From: Amoebophrya sp. A120
Lineage: Eukaryota; Protista; Dinoflagellata
Assembly (NCBI GenBank): GCA_905178155.1
Contig: CAJINV010000003.1
Location: 11,582,733-11,646,732, forward strand
Length of the DNA stretch: 64,000 nucleotides
Direction of reading: 5' to 3'
This document shows positions 37,581 through 50,643 of the stretch, piece after piece. Position 1 is the stretch's first letter, and each line of letters opens with the position of its first letter. A model generated the notes under the pieces. That model ran no database searches. It was not told the origin of the DNA and saw nothing but the letters and a program-made list of their open reading frames with translations. The translations under genes and the position numbers were made by a program.

Positions 37581-40534
37581 CCCTGTTTTTTTTTTCAAAA
37601 ACTAGTTCAACATATTCCAATTAGATGAGGACGAGAAGAAGCAAAGCCACAGTCTTTGCTCTCAACGGAACGTGGCTGAAGAATGCAGCTACCGAGTTGC
37701 TGTAGAGTGGGATATGAGATTCTTGGCATGGCAAATGCACTTGTTCTTTCGCTTGGAAGATGCAACATTTCACATGACAAACATGCTCCGATTTCTTGGC
37801 TGTCTGATGTAGTTCTCGAAGGTTGATGCGCTTGCCCCACCACTCCAGATAACTTGTTTCCATGATCCGCAAGCCGCAACCGAAGGCAGAGGAAAATCAA
37901 AGAAGAAAAAGTTTATTTTGTACGCACACTATTATTTTTGGGCAACAGACCAATAAGATTTAAAAATTGCAAGTAAGTACAGAGTATGCTGAAGATACAC
38001 GTGCAGTGGAAAACGCGGTTTCCGAAAAAGAAAAACTCGCAGCAAGTAAGTGGTTACAGTTGCTTTCTTCTTAGCTTATCACCACACATGCAGAACCGAC
38101 CGGACATGCGCTTTTTACGCACGAAACACATTCACTAATTGTAAACACTAAGTACAACTGAGTTGAGGAAAAGTTCCTTCAAAATAAATGTATGGATGAA
38201 GAAAAAAAACGACAGGCACGAGCGACTACGAGGGGAAAAAAACAGGCCCTCAGGATATGGAGAGGTGAAATCAATGGCACATCTACCAGACTCGCGAGAT
38301 GAAGTCCTGTGGGTGCGGGCAAGAGTCGCATGATTTGCTAGTGAAGTCTATTAATTTCCCACGGCGCAAAAAGAATCTACTACATAGCGTTAAACTTCCA
38401 AAAGCAAAACGTTGCAGAGCGCATGATCCTGATCTTGGTGAAGAGTTATTTCACTTCGCCCTTGTTGCTTTTTTCTCGTATATAATTGTCCCGCTGAATA
38501 GATACTTCTGACTACTCGCACGCCGTTGAAATTACGATCTCCTTCTCCACTAGAAAAAAAGATCACAAGAAGTAAAGATATTACCCATGGTACCTCTACC
38601 TCTTCACGTCTACTGTCTACTGTCAAAAAATGGAAAAAGAAACTCCTCTTTTTCATGCATCTACGACTCTGACTGTCCTTCTTACTTGGAGCCTCTCCGC
38701 CTCTTCATGCACCAGACTGAGAAGCTACCTTCTAAAAAATGAAAATCATACAGTTCGCTCGCTTGAATTTCGTTTAGTAGTTCGTATAAAACAACAGTAG
38801 TTTTTTGCTAGCCCATTTGTACTACCTTGCTGTTCTAGAAGTTTAGATCTAACAATCGTAATCCTAGAGGCCTCTCTTGATCTCGGAGGCATCAATAAAC
38901 CTACTCTTTTTTGATAGCGCACGGCAAAAGCGGCCCGAGATTGGACGAGCCGAAGTCGTGTCGAGATACAGATGATCTGACCTCTTGCACGGTTCTACTT
39001 TTCGACTAAACCAATAAGTAGAGGCGATCTACTCATCAAGGTGCTCTTGATGAAGAAAGACCCAAGCGCTGCGTGAAGACAGCTTGCATCTCCTCTCGCC
39101 CCACCAGCTGCTTGAAACCTTGTGGTACTAGTTGTATCTATTTCATCGCCGCTTACAGTTCTCTTGCTGTGTACTAGCAGTGGTTTATCATTTTGCGAAA
39201 AAAGTGACAAATAGTGGGACTGCAAAAAAGTGCGAATGATCGCGCGACTGATGTGAAGATTTGATACAAGCATAGTGGTCCTACCTTGGGCACGGGCACC
39301 AGAAGCACGCTAGTAAGTACGACAAAACAATCCCAGGGCGGTGCACGCCTCGATGCCTGCCCTAGGTGAGACGTTTATCATACTTCTACGTGCTGTCAAC
39401 TCACCAAACAGAAACTGAGGAAAGTGATCTCCAAAATCAGCTTACACGTAGTTTCTGCCGTAGTTCTACTTTAATTTCGATTTCCGCTTTCTTGCAACAG
39501 ACATCATGCTATCATCATGCTATCCCGACGAAATGCCTTGGGCTCATAGAGGGAAACGCTAAATGGCACTATGTGATGAAAATGAATAAGAATAGCGTAG
39601 TTCTCCTGTAAAAATAATGTGGTGCTGCATCATACAATCCAAATAAGACTTTCAGATAAAAGTGAAGATCCACCTTCGACAAAAAGAAAGTTTTCATTCT
39701 GGTAAAAAAGCTACGAAAGTATTAAAACGCTTACGACGCTTCGCGGTCAGCGTCTGTCAGCGTACGAAACAAACTGTAAAAAAAAAATATTTGTACAATG
39801 AAATGCAGAAGGCCAAAAGAAATGCATATGAAAGCCATTTTTACCAAGCCCGTGTGAAGATGTTGAAAAGCCTCTGGACAAAAAACCTAAGGCAGGCCTC
39901 TCATGCTTCACCATCCGCATCGCGCGTCTTGGTGCAATAGCTTCTACTGTAAAAAAGTTTTGAAAATTTTGAAGAATTATTATATCGGGGCGTCAATAAT
40001 CTTCAAAATCGTCCTACATTCCGCTCTGTTATTCGAGAGTGAATAAACTCGTGGCGCTGAGGCAGTTGACGAGACTTGATTAGTTTTTCTTGTTTGGCGA
40101 TGCGTTTCCGTATTTACTTTACGTTTTTCCCTACTAGTACTATAAACTTGATCCGTAAAAAGTACTATACTATCCTCGATTTCCACTAACTATGAAACTG
40201 CACTATACTTGTTTCTCCTCCTGCTGTACTCGATCATATGCTGGCTCTTGACGTGTTGTGACTCGAAATACACTCTACTTCTACGCTTAGCACATGCCCT
40301 CTGTTCGACATCAACTTGAAGATAATGTCGCCGAGGACATAGCTGCAAGGCCTTGTACGAAAACTTCTCATAATAAATCCCTCTTGCCCACGACATCGAG
40401 GAGCGGCGCTCGTCAAGCAACACTTGGGAGGTGCTGCTAGAAGTGGTACGCGGCCGCTAGAGGCTCATAGAGTCTTCTAACCCGACTACCTATCATGCGA
40501 GCACTACTAGAAGCACTTACACTATAACTTAAAA

Positions 40535-43500
40535 CTAATGCCGTGCTGCCACTGGACTGAGTGTCAAGCCCGGAGGAGGGAGCACGACCTTCTTTGCAGG
40601 GACGACCGGGGCCCTAGCTACCACTTGGTGTGTGGATGTCGTGCCGCAGTCGCTACTCTTAAGCTGTTCGTCGTGGGACTCGTGTGTCGTTGTTACATGA
40701 TTCGAATAATTGTCCACTTCACTACTGGTTCTCCTCGAGTCAGTATCTTTTTTCTCAAGCACACAGCCGGACACAGAAGGGATTACTGGTTCTGTCTCGG
40801 CGGTGGCCGTGTGCTTGGCAAAACTTCTCTTTCTTGCTCCGTTGTTATTTTCATCTACTACTACTTCTACACACTCTTTCCTATAATTTCCACCTACTGC
40901 ACAAGTAGAAGGTCGTCCTGCTACACAACTTTTGGTTTCGGACGTTTCGGAGAGGACTTTACTACAACTACTAATGTTGGTGTTCTTGTCGTCCTCCTGG
41001 GCGGTCGTGTTCTTGTTGACACCACCCACCTCCCCGCAGGACACCTGCTTCACAACATGATCTTCCGCAGGAGTGGTTGTTGTGACAAGAACTGCCGCAC
41101 TGTTGTAATCATCTTCCTGGCTAAAAAGCGCACGATCAACATCTTCGAGCGACCCGCGGCGATTTTTTACGTCCCCAACATCTTCGCACGACTCCCGTTC
41201 TTCGAGAAAACAACTGCCTCCCAGAGGAGTGGCCGCCACAGTGCTCTTGTCGCAGTCATTGAGAAGCAGCTGATCATGCTCACCGTCCGCGTTGATGTCC
41301 CTTTGCTGCTCTGGTGGGGACGAGTTGAAATTATTTTTATTTCCGACGAACAACTTCTTCTCGACGCTAGTAGAAGTACTACAACGACCTCGATAACTTT
41401 TATTGTCGTTCTCCTGCTTACAACTATTTTTCGTGACGACAATTTCGTCGAGCGCCTGCTGCAGATCCTGCAATTTCTTAGGGCAGGAGGCCGTTGTCAT
41501 GCTGTAGTTGTTGCTATTGTCAATCTTTCCACGACCCGGCGCAGCTACGTTTGGTGCCGTTGCGCAAGAACCACTCTGACTCGCCGATGCGCAGGAAACG
41601 AACCTTCCTCGGGCATCGACAACAAGGCTCCCGTCCTGCACGGCCGCGTGCTGAGCAGCGTTGAGAATCTCCTCGTACTCAGCAAATTCATCCGCTCTGT
41701 TTTCTTCTGAAAACGTTCGGTAGGGCCGAGACGCGAAGTCCAGGTAGTTGTTGCCAGCAGTGGAAGTAGAGCAGGTACTGTTCAATTGCATTTGCATGCC
41801 CCCGCCGGATTGATGAACTGGTGCTCCTGCACGACCCGGTTGCGAACTGGCGCTCATCAGGCTCATTCCCAGCTGGGCGAAGAGTTCCTGCTGTTCCTTG
41901 CTGTAGACATATTGTTCATCGGGTAGTTCCTCGTACAACATCGCGGTTGTTGATTTGATCTTCTCGCCAAAAACACCACCTCCAGCTCCATGATGTGCTG
42001 GTCCATGCGAATCTTCTATATCATTATACAACTGGTGCACAGTTGTAGAACTAGAAGACTCTATCGCGTCCTTGTATTGCGAAATAGAAGATTGTAACAC
42101 GTTGTTGTACTCCGCAGTAGAGGATTCGAGCTGATCCTGTGCGATTTGGCTGTAAATGCTCATCGCCTGCTCCTGAGTTATGACCGACACGGGCTGGTGG
42201 GGCGGCGCCGTGAAGGGCGGCGGCTTGTAGTTCTTGTGCGCCGGAGCAGTACTACAACTAGACGCGGTTCGATTCAACGCCGCGGGCTTTGGAGGCGGCG
42301 GCGGCACCTTGGAAGGAGGCGGAGGCGGCGGCGGGGGTATTGCGACCGCACGCGCGTGGTCATCGCGAGCGACGGATGCTGTTGTATCCACCATCGTGGC
42401 GTCGTGCGATGGATCATGCTGTTGCGTTGTACGTACCTGTTTACTAGTAGTACCCATCCTCTTCTTCATTTCATCTCCGTAGTACAGCAACTCCGTATCG
42501 ATACTTTTTGCAACATGTTGCGTCGCGGCCTTGGTCCAAACGTTCATCCTGCTTCCTTTTTTTACCTTCATGGTGTTCATATCGGAACCGGATTCAACAT
42601 GACCCCCAGATGCATAACCAGCTGGAGCAGGTCTAGAGCCACTGCCGGGGAAGAGCTGTGGACTAGTTATAGCAGGACCACCAGCTCCTACTCCGCTCAT
42701 CAGGTGGTCGAAGTGTAGTTGCGAAGGAATAGTGGCGTTGGTCGTCGTTCCGCTAGTTGTACTCCCGATGTTGTAAGAACAAGCCGGCGGCACTAGTGAA
42801 CCTCCCAAACTCAAATTCGAATTCGTGGCGGCCCGCGTTGACGCCGTGCTGTAGCTATAGCTCTTCGTGACTACTTGTTGTGCGCCGGCCTTGTTGCCCT
42901 TGCCCGCCGTCTGGAGGTGCTGCATCATAGTACTTGTTGTCGAAGCTGCTCCACCGCCGGCGGAGAAGGGGCCGCCCTGAGCATAAGTCGCTGCGACGCC
43001 GGAACCAGACCCGCTCTTCTTGTGCTTGACCGTAATGCTATGCTGCTGTTGCTGCTGGCGGTGCACGAGGTGTTGCGCGGCTAAGGCTTGTTGCTGCAGC
43101 TGCTGCAGCCGTGGGTCTGCGGCTTGGGCGGCGACCAACGCAGCAGCTTGCTGGTGCTGCATTTGTATTTGCTTCATCAAATCATTCGCCACCGCCGCTG
43201 CCGCCGCAGAGTTTGTTGAGGCGGTGGGAGGATGAACCATACCAGCAGGAGTAGAAACACCACCACGAGATGAACTACCCCGTGTCGTGGAAGAAGAAGA
43301 AGTCGGTTGATGATGTGCCGAGGACGTTTTAGAAGTGCTGTTGCCCTTCACGGATATTACACTGTGTGTCCCTTTCTGGTGCAGCACGGCTTGTTTCTTG
43401 TGTTTGTTCGTAATTCCACTGCTCCCGGCCGTGGCCCGGCTTCCAACCCGGTTGCGCCCTCCAGCGGACGATGAAACAAGGGAAAGGTCGACATCCTCCA

Positions 43501-46500
43501 AAGCGCTGCCCGACGAGGCAAGATTTGCATTTGTTCCATTTGCGTTTGCCCCTCTACTCCGAGCATTACTACTACCAGTCTTATTTGTGGGCACCAAGAC
43601 TGGCACCATCATGGCATTCAAGTATGCATGGTTACTAGCTAACATGTTTAAGTACTGAGTAGCCGCGGCTGCACCGTAGGCCGACGGATTCATGCCCAGA
43701 TGGTAACCGGGTGGCGGAGCGGCAGCCGCGGCGGCGTGGTAGTAGCCCGATTGGTCCAGGTTGGGGTCGGCTGAATGGTGGTGTTTAATAGCAGGCGAAT
43801 GTTTTTATTTTTGTATGCACGTTCGAGCTCAAATTCGGCAAAAATCCAGATTTCCATAATCCTATCCTGTTGCATGACAAGCATCACAAGCACACGATAA
43901 TGTCGTCAAATTGAGTAGAAGTAAGCAGGTGACTCCATCTCTATGTGCCATACAAGAACAGCTGCTGCATGTACTATGTAACAAAACAGTACCCAAAGTA
44001 CCTCCATACATTCCCGGGTTGGTTGCCACACTGGCCATGGTCGCGTACCCTGACATCGGCTGCCCAGGCACCGGGTACACACCGGACGGGTACTCCGAAA
44101 CCCCGGAAGGAGCGGCGGTCATCGGTGGGTACTGATTGTGGTGGCCTCCTCCAGCACCAGGCACCTGCAGCGGGGCGGGGGCCGGTGGCGGCAGCACGTT
44201 GGAGGTTGTGGAGGACGAAATCGAAGCGCGGGTCGTTTGATGATGCAGGTGTTGCTGGTGCTGGTGGTGTCCTCCGACTGAAGTACTACTGCCGTTCAAG
44301 TTGTACGCGTTAGAAATTGTACTCTCGTGCTGCATCTGCTGCTGCGCGTTCTGCACCTTGGTCTGCAAGATCGGCGGCTGCGGTGGGGGGAGCACGTTCG
44401 AAGTTGAGGTCGTTGTACGACTCGCAGGCTGTTGCTGGAGACCATGTTGACCTTGTTGTTGGGTGGAATTCGTCGTGCTATTCGTCAAAGAAGCTCCTCC
44501 TGCTCCACCATTCGCCGCGCCGCGGTTGCCGCCCCCTGGAATGGCCGTGGCAGTGCTCAAATCCGGACTCTGAAGGGTCGAGTTCGTCGAAATGGCATCG
44601 TGCTGCGGTTGCATAGGCTGCTGGAGGTGATGATCCACAGATGTCGTATTAACCGATGTAGTTGCACTGCTGGAGCTCGCGTTCAATGACTGGCTTTGGC
44701 TCTGGTGCAGCAGCTGCTGGTGTCCTCCCGCCGGCTGCACGCTCGTAGTTGTACCGTTCGGAGAGGTAGTGCTATTGCTATTCATCAACATCCCAGAAGT
44801 TCCAGCACCGCCACTAACTTGCAACCCCGGCGCGCCGCCGGCAGAGGACGACCCCGCCAAGCCGGGACTGTGCGTCGAGGCGGCGCCGTCGCTGATCTGC
44901 GTCTGCCCGGCGGGGCTAGGCACGGGCGGCACCGAGGTGCTGACGACCGAGGTTTTCGCGCGGTGATCGAACTGCGACTTCACGAACTCCCGGTTTTCCT
45001 GCAGCGCGCGTTTGTACGCCGGCAAATCGTCCGGCATGATGTGCGGGAACCGGCACTGCGGCACGTTGCAGCGGCCCCGGAGAAAGTGCCGGCAAACGTT
45101 CACGTCCTCGCCGTCAATGTCCGAAAACGGCACCACACCCTGCGGCTGCTGTTGCTGGCTCGGGTGCGGCACGGGCAGGGGCAGCGGGGACACGCGCGCC
45201 GGAGCCGGAGGCGGAACCGGGGGAACCGCGGCCTGGGAGGTGGAGGAGGAACTACTTCCCGGACCTGCTGGCGCGGGGACCACTGAGGGACCTCCTGCCG
45301 AGGGTGCTTCCCTGGTTTTTATGATTTTTGGGGGTCGTTTTTAATTAAAACATTTTGCAGCAAGACGAGTGTAAGTAGAGCTTCACTTTTAAACAAGGTT
45401 CTTGCTGCAATATTTTTGTGGAATTTTATAGAGCGGCTGCACGACTCGGCTTCTGTAGATTGGATGCGAAACGACTCGCATGACGATTACGAAGTTCCAG
45501 CCGGTGGAAACGACTCGCTTTGTTTTCCGCCAGTGATGTTGTCACTCCAATAATCAAATCTTCAATTACGTTGTACTGTACCTGCAGTAGGAGTAGTAAT
45601 CGTCTCGATCGGGCGAGGAGTCGATGAATCTGTCGTCCCGCTGATTCCGCGAAATTGGCTCCCGGTACGAATTGTTGGGATCGGTGTAGCAGTCTTCATA
45701 CCGGAAATCCGAGTGCAAGAAGCGGCACTGCGGCACGTTGCAGCGGTTCTGCAGCCAGTGGCGGCAAACCTGGACGAGTCATTTTTTTTTAACATCAAAA
45801 CGCATCACGATCGTGGGTAGTTGTACCTACTTGAAGAGGAGCATGCACCGGTCATACAGGAAGTACTTATCATGTGCGAACTGGAATTCATCTGCGTCAC
45901 AGAGATCTACGTCATTCCAGGAGAGTCATATAATTACCGTTTGCGAGTCCGGCCTGGACAGCGTCGGTCTTCCCACGTTTCCCCCTGCCCCCCAGGGCGC
46001 CGGCGCCGGGACCGGCGGCACCGGCGCGGGTGGGTTGTTCACCTTCGGGGGCGGCAAAACCCGTGGCGTCGGCGGACGCGGGTAGGACTGCGCCGTGGTG
46101 TATGCATTGCAAAAGCATCGCACTAGCCCAAGCACAAATTTTTGCATGACACAATTTCTTTCGATCGCAAAAGAATGAAACCCTAAATCCTAAAACCCTG
46201 ACCTCAGAGATGTGATACTAACACGATTAAGTAAAAAGCTAAACTTACAGCTATTACTTAATCAGCTAAAAACCCTTGCGGAATCTGTGGTACTAGAAGC
46301 AAGAATCGATATTTCTCATGATGCTGCTGCGTGATTGCAATTACAAGAACTACGGGTGCGATACTTTTGCAACGCGTATGGCGGGCTTGTTGTACATCTC
46401 CTCCAGTTCCGCTTGGCGCTGGACCTCCCGGGGATCCGGAACCTCCTCATGCAAAAACCGGCACTGAATCACGTTACAGCGGCCTTGACGCCTGGTTGTG

Positions 46501-48046
46501 TTGTACCAGAGTCATGTTGAAAGTAATTGTAGTAGATTTGATGTTTGTAGTTTGACGTGCACAAGTTAGTAGAAACAAGTCGCTTTCAAGCCCTCGCCAA
46601 GACCAAATTCAAATACATCTATGAGTCGTTTATTTCTGATTTATACCAGTGTCGACAGGTGACCGGAATGCGCTTGCGGTTGGGATCAACCCATCCGTCC
46701 CACCCCGCCTTCTCCAGATCCTCCCCAACGGGCAGAACCATAGACGAAGTCGTCCCACCGCTCGTAGCGCCAGCCCCTGCGCTGCCACCTCCTTGGTGCG
46801 TCGGTGTTCTCTCGAGAAGATGATGGCTTTTGCTGTTATTTCCGACGGAGACCACTCTCAAGTTGCCACTATTTTTGAAATGGGCATTCATCTCATTCGC
46901 CTCATTTTCTGACAGCATCATCAGATCCTGGTTTGGGCTGTTCAGCGGCAGCGTGCTCTGCGCGGCGGAAGAGGGCTCAGACGGGTTCGGTTGCAGCTGC
47001 AGTTGCACTACCTCCGGTAGGACGGTAACGGCATCAACAAACTCAGCTTGTTTAGTATTTTGCGCATAAGAGGATACAACTTTACTTCCTTCTACTACTT
47101 CCCGTGGTCCTGAAGGCTGCAGTGCTGTCGAAGAAAATCCACCGTTCAGTGCCACTTGCACCGCGCCGCCGGCACGGGCAGAACTGCTGCGGGGGGATTG
47201 CAGGGATTGCTCCTGCTGTTGCTGTGCGCCGCTGGGTGCGCTTGTAGTACCACCCACCGATCCGGCAAAGAAAGTCCCGTCATCTCCTGTTGAACATTTT
47301 TATTTTTCTGAAACGTCGACAACATAAATCTTTGTGATTTTTCATCTTTCACGTCCGTGGTACTTGTATTTGAAAATTATTTCGCAGCACACGACTGGTG
47401 ACGTAGTCATAAAAATCGTACCTTGTTCCAGTGTGCTGCTCCGCGTGGTCATGTTGGTGTACTGCCGGGTTGTGGTCTCGATCACGATCATTGACTCGCG
47501 GGCGGACGACAAAGTAGAACCAGCCGCGTAATTTGTAGGGCCGTTGTGCTGCACACCAGAGGTGATGGACTCCCGCGGATTATTCATAATGCCCGTACTA
47601 ATCGTGGACAAAGATTGCTCTGACGAGCGAGCATTTCCCGCACCTGTCGTACAAGCAGCGGCGGCGTGTTTAGAGCCAGAGGTCGAAGATGAAACGCGCC
47701 CGGAGAGACGGATCCCCGGCGGCGGGTTGGCCGCCCCATTCATAGCAGCATTGGAAGTACCACCTCGCTCACCTCCACAAACATTCATCGCCCCGTGCTG
47801 GCTCATGTTGGCCGTGACCTGCTGATCGACCAAAATCGGAGTGCAATTCGCGTAATGGTCCGGCCCATCTAGTTGTGCTTCGAGCCTGGTCGAAGTGCCG
47901 GTGCTATGGGTAGTTGTCCGCAAATCACCGGAGCGCGGCGTCGCGGTTAGCTGCGCGCCCGAGTGCCCGCTGGTGTTGGCTGTGTTTTTTTTATTTTGGT
48001 TTGGCATAGAATACCTACATTCTTCCGACCACAGACCATCCTCCAA
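40535..48046 (-). CDS. Large low-complexity protein with three CCCH zinc fingers
   Basis: CRHWYNTTRRQGRCNVIQCRFLH, CRHWLQNRCNVPQCRFLH and CRHFLRGRCNVPQCRFPH. A GT-AG intron at 43771-44001 joins the 473-aa and 1052-aa ORFs. Some 5' joins are assumed. Confidence 0.75.
46101..46378. mobile_element. Introner family D
   Basis: TIR tatgcattgcaaaagcatcgcac / gtgcgatacttttgcaacgcgta; direct repeat tggtg/tggcg; gives MYNKPA|TAQSY in frame. Confidence 0.85.
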
Positions 48047-48211
48047 TAAGAACTACATCGAAGTGGGTGTATATTACCATGTATGGAACAATTCTATTCA
48101 GGACCCTTCTATTGAAGTTGTATTGCCGCACGTGCCGTTATGCAGCAGCATAGAAGGAAAATACTTCATGCTACTTCATGCGTGGACCAGCTGCTCTACT
48201 TCTTGATCCAT

Positions 48212-49941
48212 AAAAGCTGTAGCCACAGCTGCGCCGCACGCAGCTGTCTCGGGCCCGGGCCGAAAACGAGGCACGGCACGAAGACGGGCAGGCCCCCCCT
48301 TGTGCCCGCCAGGATACCAAACCCGGCTCAAACGCCCGCGCGCCGCGGAAACAAGCAGGCAACGCATGGGTGAAGCGCAACAGGTCCGCTTCTGCACGGT
48401 CTCCCCCGCGAGTTGCCCACCAGGCCCCCGTGGGCAAGAAAGAAAAAAAAAGGCACGCCGGAAGCACGCAGCGCGTGAGCTGATCCGAGAGGCCGGCACA
48501 CGCTCCCGAACATGTCCGGAATTCCGAAGAGGCACATGGCCGGAACTCCCGAACTGATCCGAGAGGCCGGCACATGTCCGGAATTCCGAAGCCGGAACCG
48601 GAAAAAGTTCGGCCCCCGAACTTTTTCGAATTCCGACGACGGAATTCGCGAAAGGCATTCTGGAAAAAGTTCAGGGCCAAATCTCGATTCTGAACTTTTT
48701 CGGATTCCGGCTCCGGAACTGACGAAAGTCTGCGGTCCTTGACTTCAACCAAGACCGGCTCCTAAAGATTTCCTAAGGGGCCGGCTTTGGAAAAAGTTCG
48801 GGAGGCTGGGCTTTTATCAATTCTGGCGCCGGAACTGGAAAAAGCTCAGAAACGAAGAAACGCCCTGAACTTTTTCGAAAGGGCGCGGCCCCAAGCACTA
48901 TCTGGGTGGCTTTACCACGTGCCGGGGCACGGCCGGAGTGCGGCCCTTTTTTCGGTGTCTGCGTCTACTTGATTCCCGGCAAAAATTGCTCGGGTTCTCA
49001 AGAGGCCGCGCCGTTTTTTTTTTGGTGCGCCGCAGTCATCACCCCGAGGGAATGCTAGCTGGGCTGGCATGCCGGAAAAGAGGGCCGCACCACTCTCCAC
49101 CCAGATCCTGCCCTTCTCCTTTATGGCGATGCGCATGCGGTGTATGTTCGCACAGGACAAGTGCAACCGTTGCAAAAATGCCAACGCTGTAGAACGACGA
49201 GAAGCAAGTGCAAGAGGCTGAGCGATATCTCGCGTGATGCGTGTAACCTCTAAAAGACCCACGCACTGCAAATCAGTTTTGCCATCATCTCGCCCTCTTT
49301 CTCGCCTGCTCTATGCTATTACCCTACCAAAGCAAAGGCGTAGCACCAACACCACCGTCACGCATCCTCGCCGTCGCCACCTAGTCAAAAAGTGCGCGTC
49401 CTCGGCGAAGCCGCTACTTCCTACCCGCCTTTTCCTCCGCCTTCCCCACCAACTCCTACACACAAGGAGAAGCGATTGCCTTTACTTGACACTGCGCCCG
49501 CCTGCGCTGCACGCCTCTACACTGATCCCTTCACCCCCGCAGAGCAGGATGCGACTTCGGCCCCAATGGCCCTAAGCACTCAGGCGACTTACAGCCGCCG
49601 CCCCTCCTGCGCAGCACAGCTTGAGCCAGTGGCTCGGAACGATTTTGGTGTGCCAGACTCTCCTGGCTTTCTGTTGCGCAATGCTAGCGCGCAACGAGCA
49701 GCGACGCGATCCGGGGAAGAGGCGCAACGCGCATTCTGGTGGTGCGCGAGACAGAAGGGGGTCGCTTACTCAAGGCCCAATCGCCCAAGACGGTCGTCTG
49801 GAAGGATTTTCACCGCTGCCACCTGGCCGGCGCCACGCCACTCATGCTCATCCGCATGGAGCGACACGCACGGCATAAAACGTCTAAGCTTTGCTGGCCA
49901 TAGGTTATTTCGTTCAGGGGCGTTTATTTAGTTTCTTGGAG
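48212..49941. mobile_element. About 1.7-kb GC-rich insertion flanked by a 40-bp direct repeat
   Basis: tacttcatgcgtggaccagctgctctacttcttgatccat occurs at 48172-48211 and at 49942-49981. Confidence 0.7.
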
Positions 49942-50058
49942 TACTTCATGCGTGGACCAGCTGCTCTACTTCTTGATCCATCATCGAAAATGTATTCCTC
50001 AATTTTTGTCACATTTTACTATTCAATTTTTAAAAAAGCGGAATCACAAATCACTATT

Positions 50059-50643
50059 CTATCTTAGTCTAAAACGGCGTTGACCAGTGGTAGCCGTGTG
50101 TTCGACGCCATCTACATCTTCCCGGTCTAGCATGCGGCGCGTAGGCGGCGTCTTGGTGGGGGTGGGGTTCGCATAATAATTGGCGTTCTTTGCATTAGCA
50201 GTGTTGTGCATCATACTAATGCCAGCACCAGCACAGCTGGAAGTGGTACAACTTGATGTAGTAGTAGTCCCGGCGGCGTGATCATTATAGTTGCCTCCGC
50301 GAGGAACCCCGGTGCCGGCGCCCTCAAACGGCATGACCACGCCCTGCTCCCCATGATCGGTGATTGTTTTGGTACTACTAGCAGCGCCCAACTTCGAAGT
50401 GGAACTATTGGAATGCATGCTCATTGGTTCCGCTGCCTCCTCGAAGCTATCCAGCGTTGCTGTTCTCCCCTCGTCCGTCGCTCCGGCCGTCGCTTGACCG
50501 GTAAAATACTCGAAAACGCGGTTCATGATGGGCCGCGTTGACGAGTTGGGTCTGCTCTTGGTAGTAAGTACCGCTTTTGCGAGAAAAGGAGAAACAACTT
50601 TTCCTTCTACTTCTCTCGCCGCGCTGGTGTTCTGAAAAAACAA
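50059..50643 (-). CDS. Hypothetical low-complexity exon
   Basis: 194-aa S/T-rich ORF with composition like the neighbouring genes. Confidence 0.4.
   Translation of the reverse strand: MFFQNTSAAREVEGKVVSPFLAKAVLTTKSRPNSSTRPIMNRVFEYFTGQATAGATDEGRTATLDSFEEAAEPMSMHSNSSTSKLGAASSTKTITDHGEQGVVMPFEGAGTGVPRGGNYNDHAAGTTTTSSCTTSSCAGAGISMMHNTANAKNANYYANPTPTKTPPTRRMLDREDVDGVEHTATTGQRRFRLR

Noticed and set aside
34000-40400. Full gene models in the AT-richer region
   Set aside because: Only short exon-like fragments are visible, and they cannot be joined reliably by eye.
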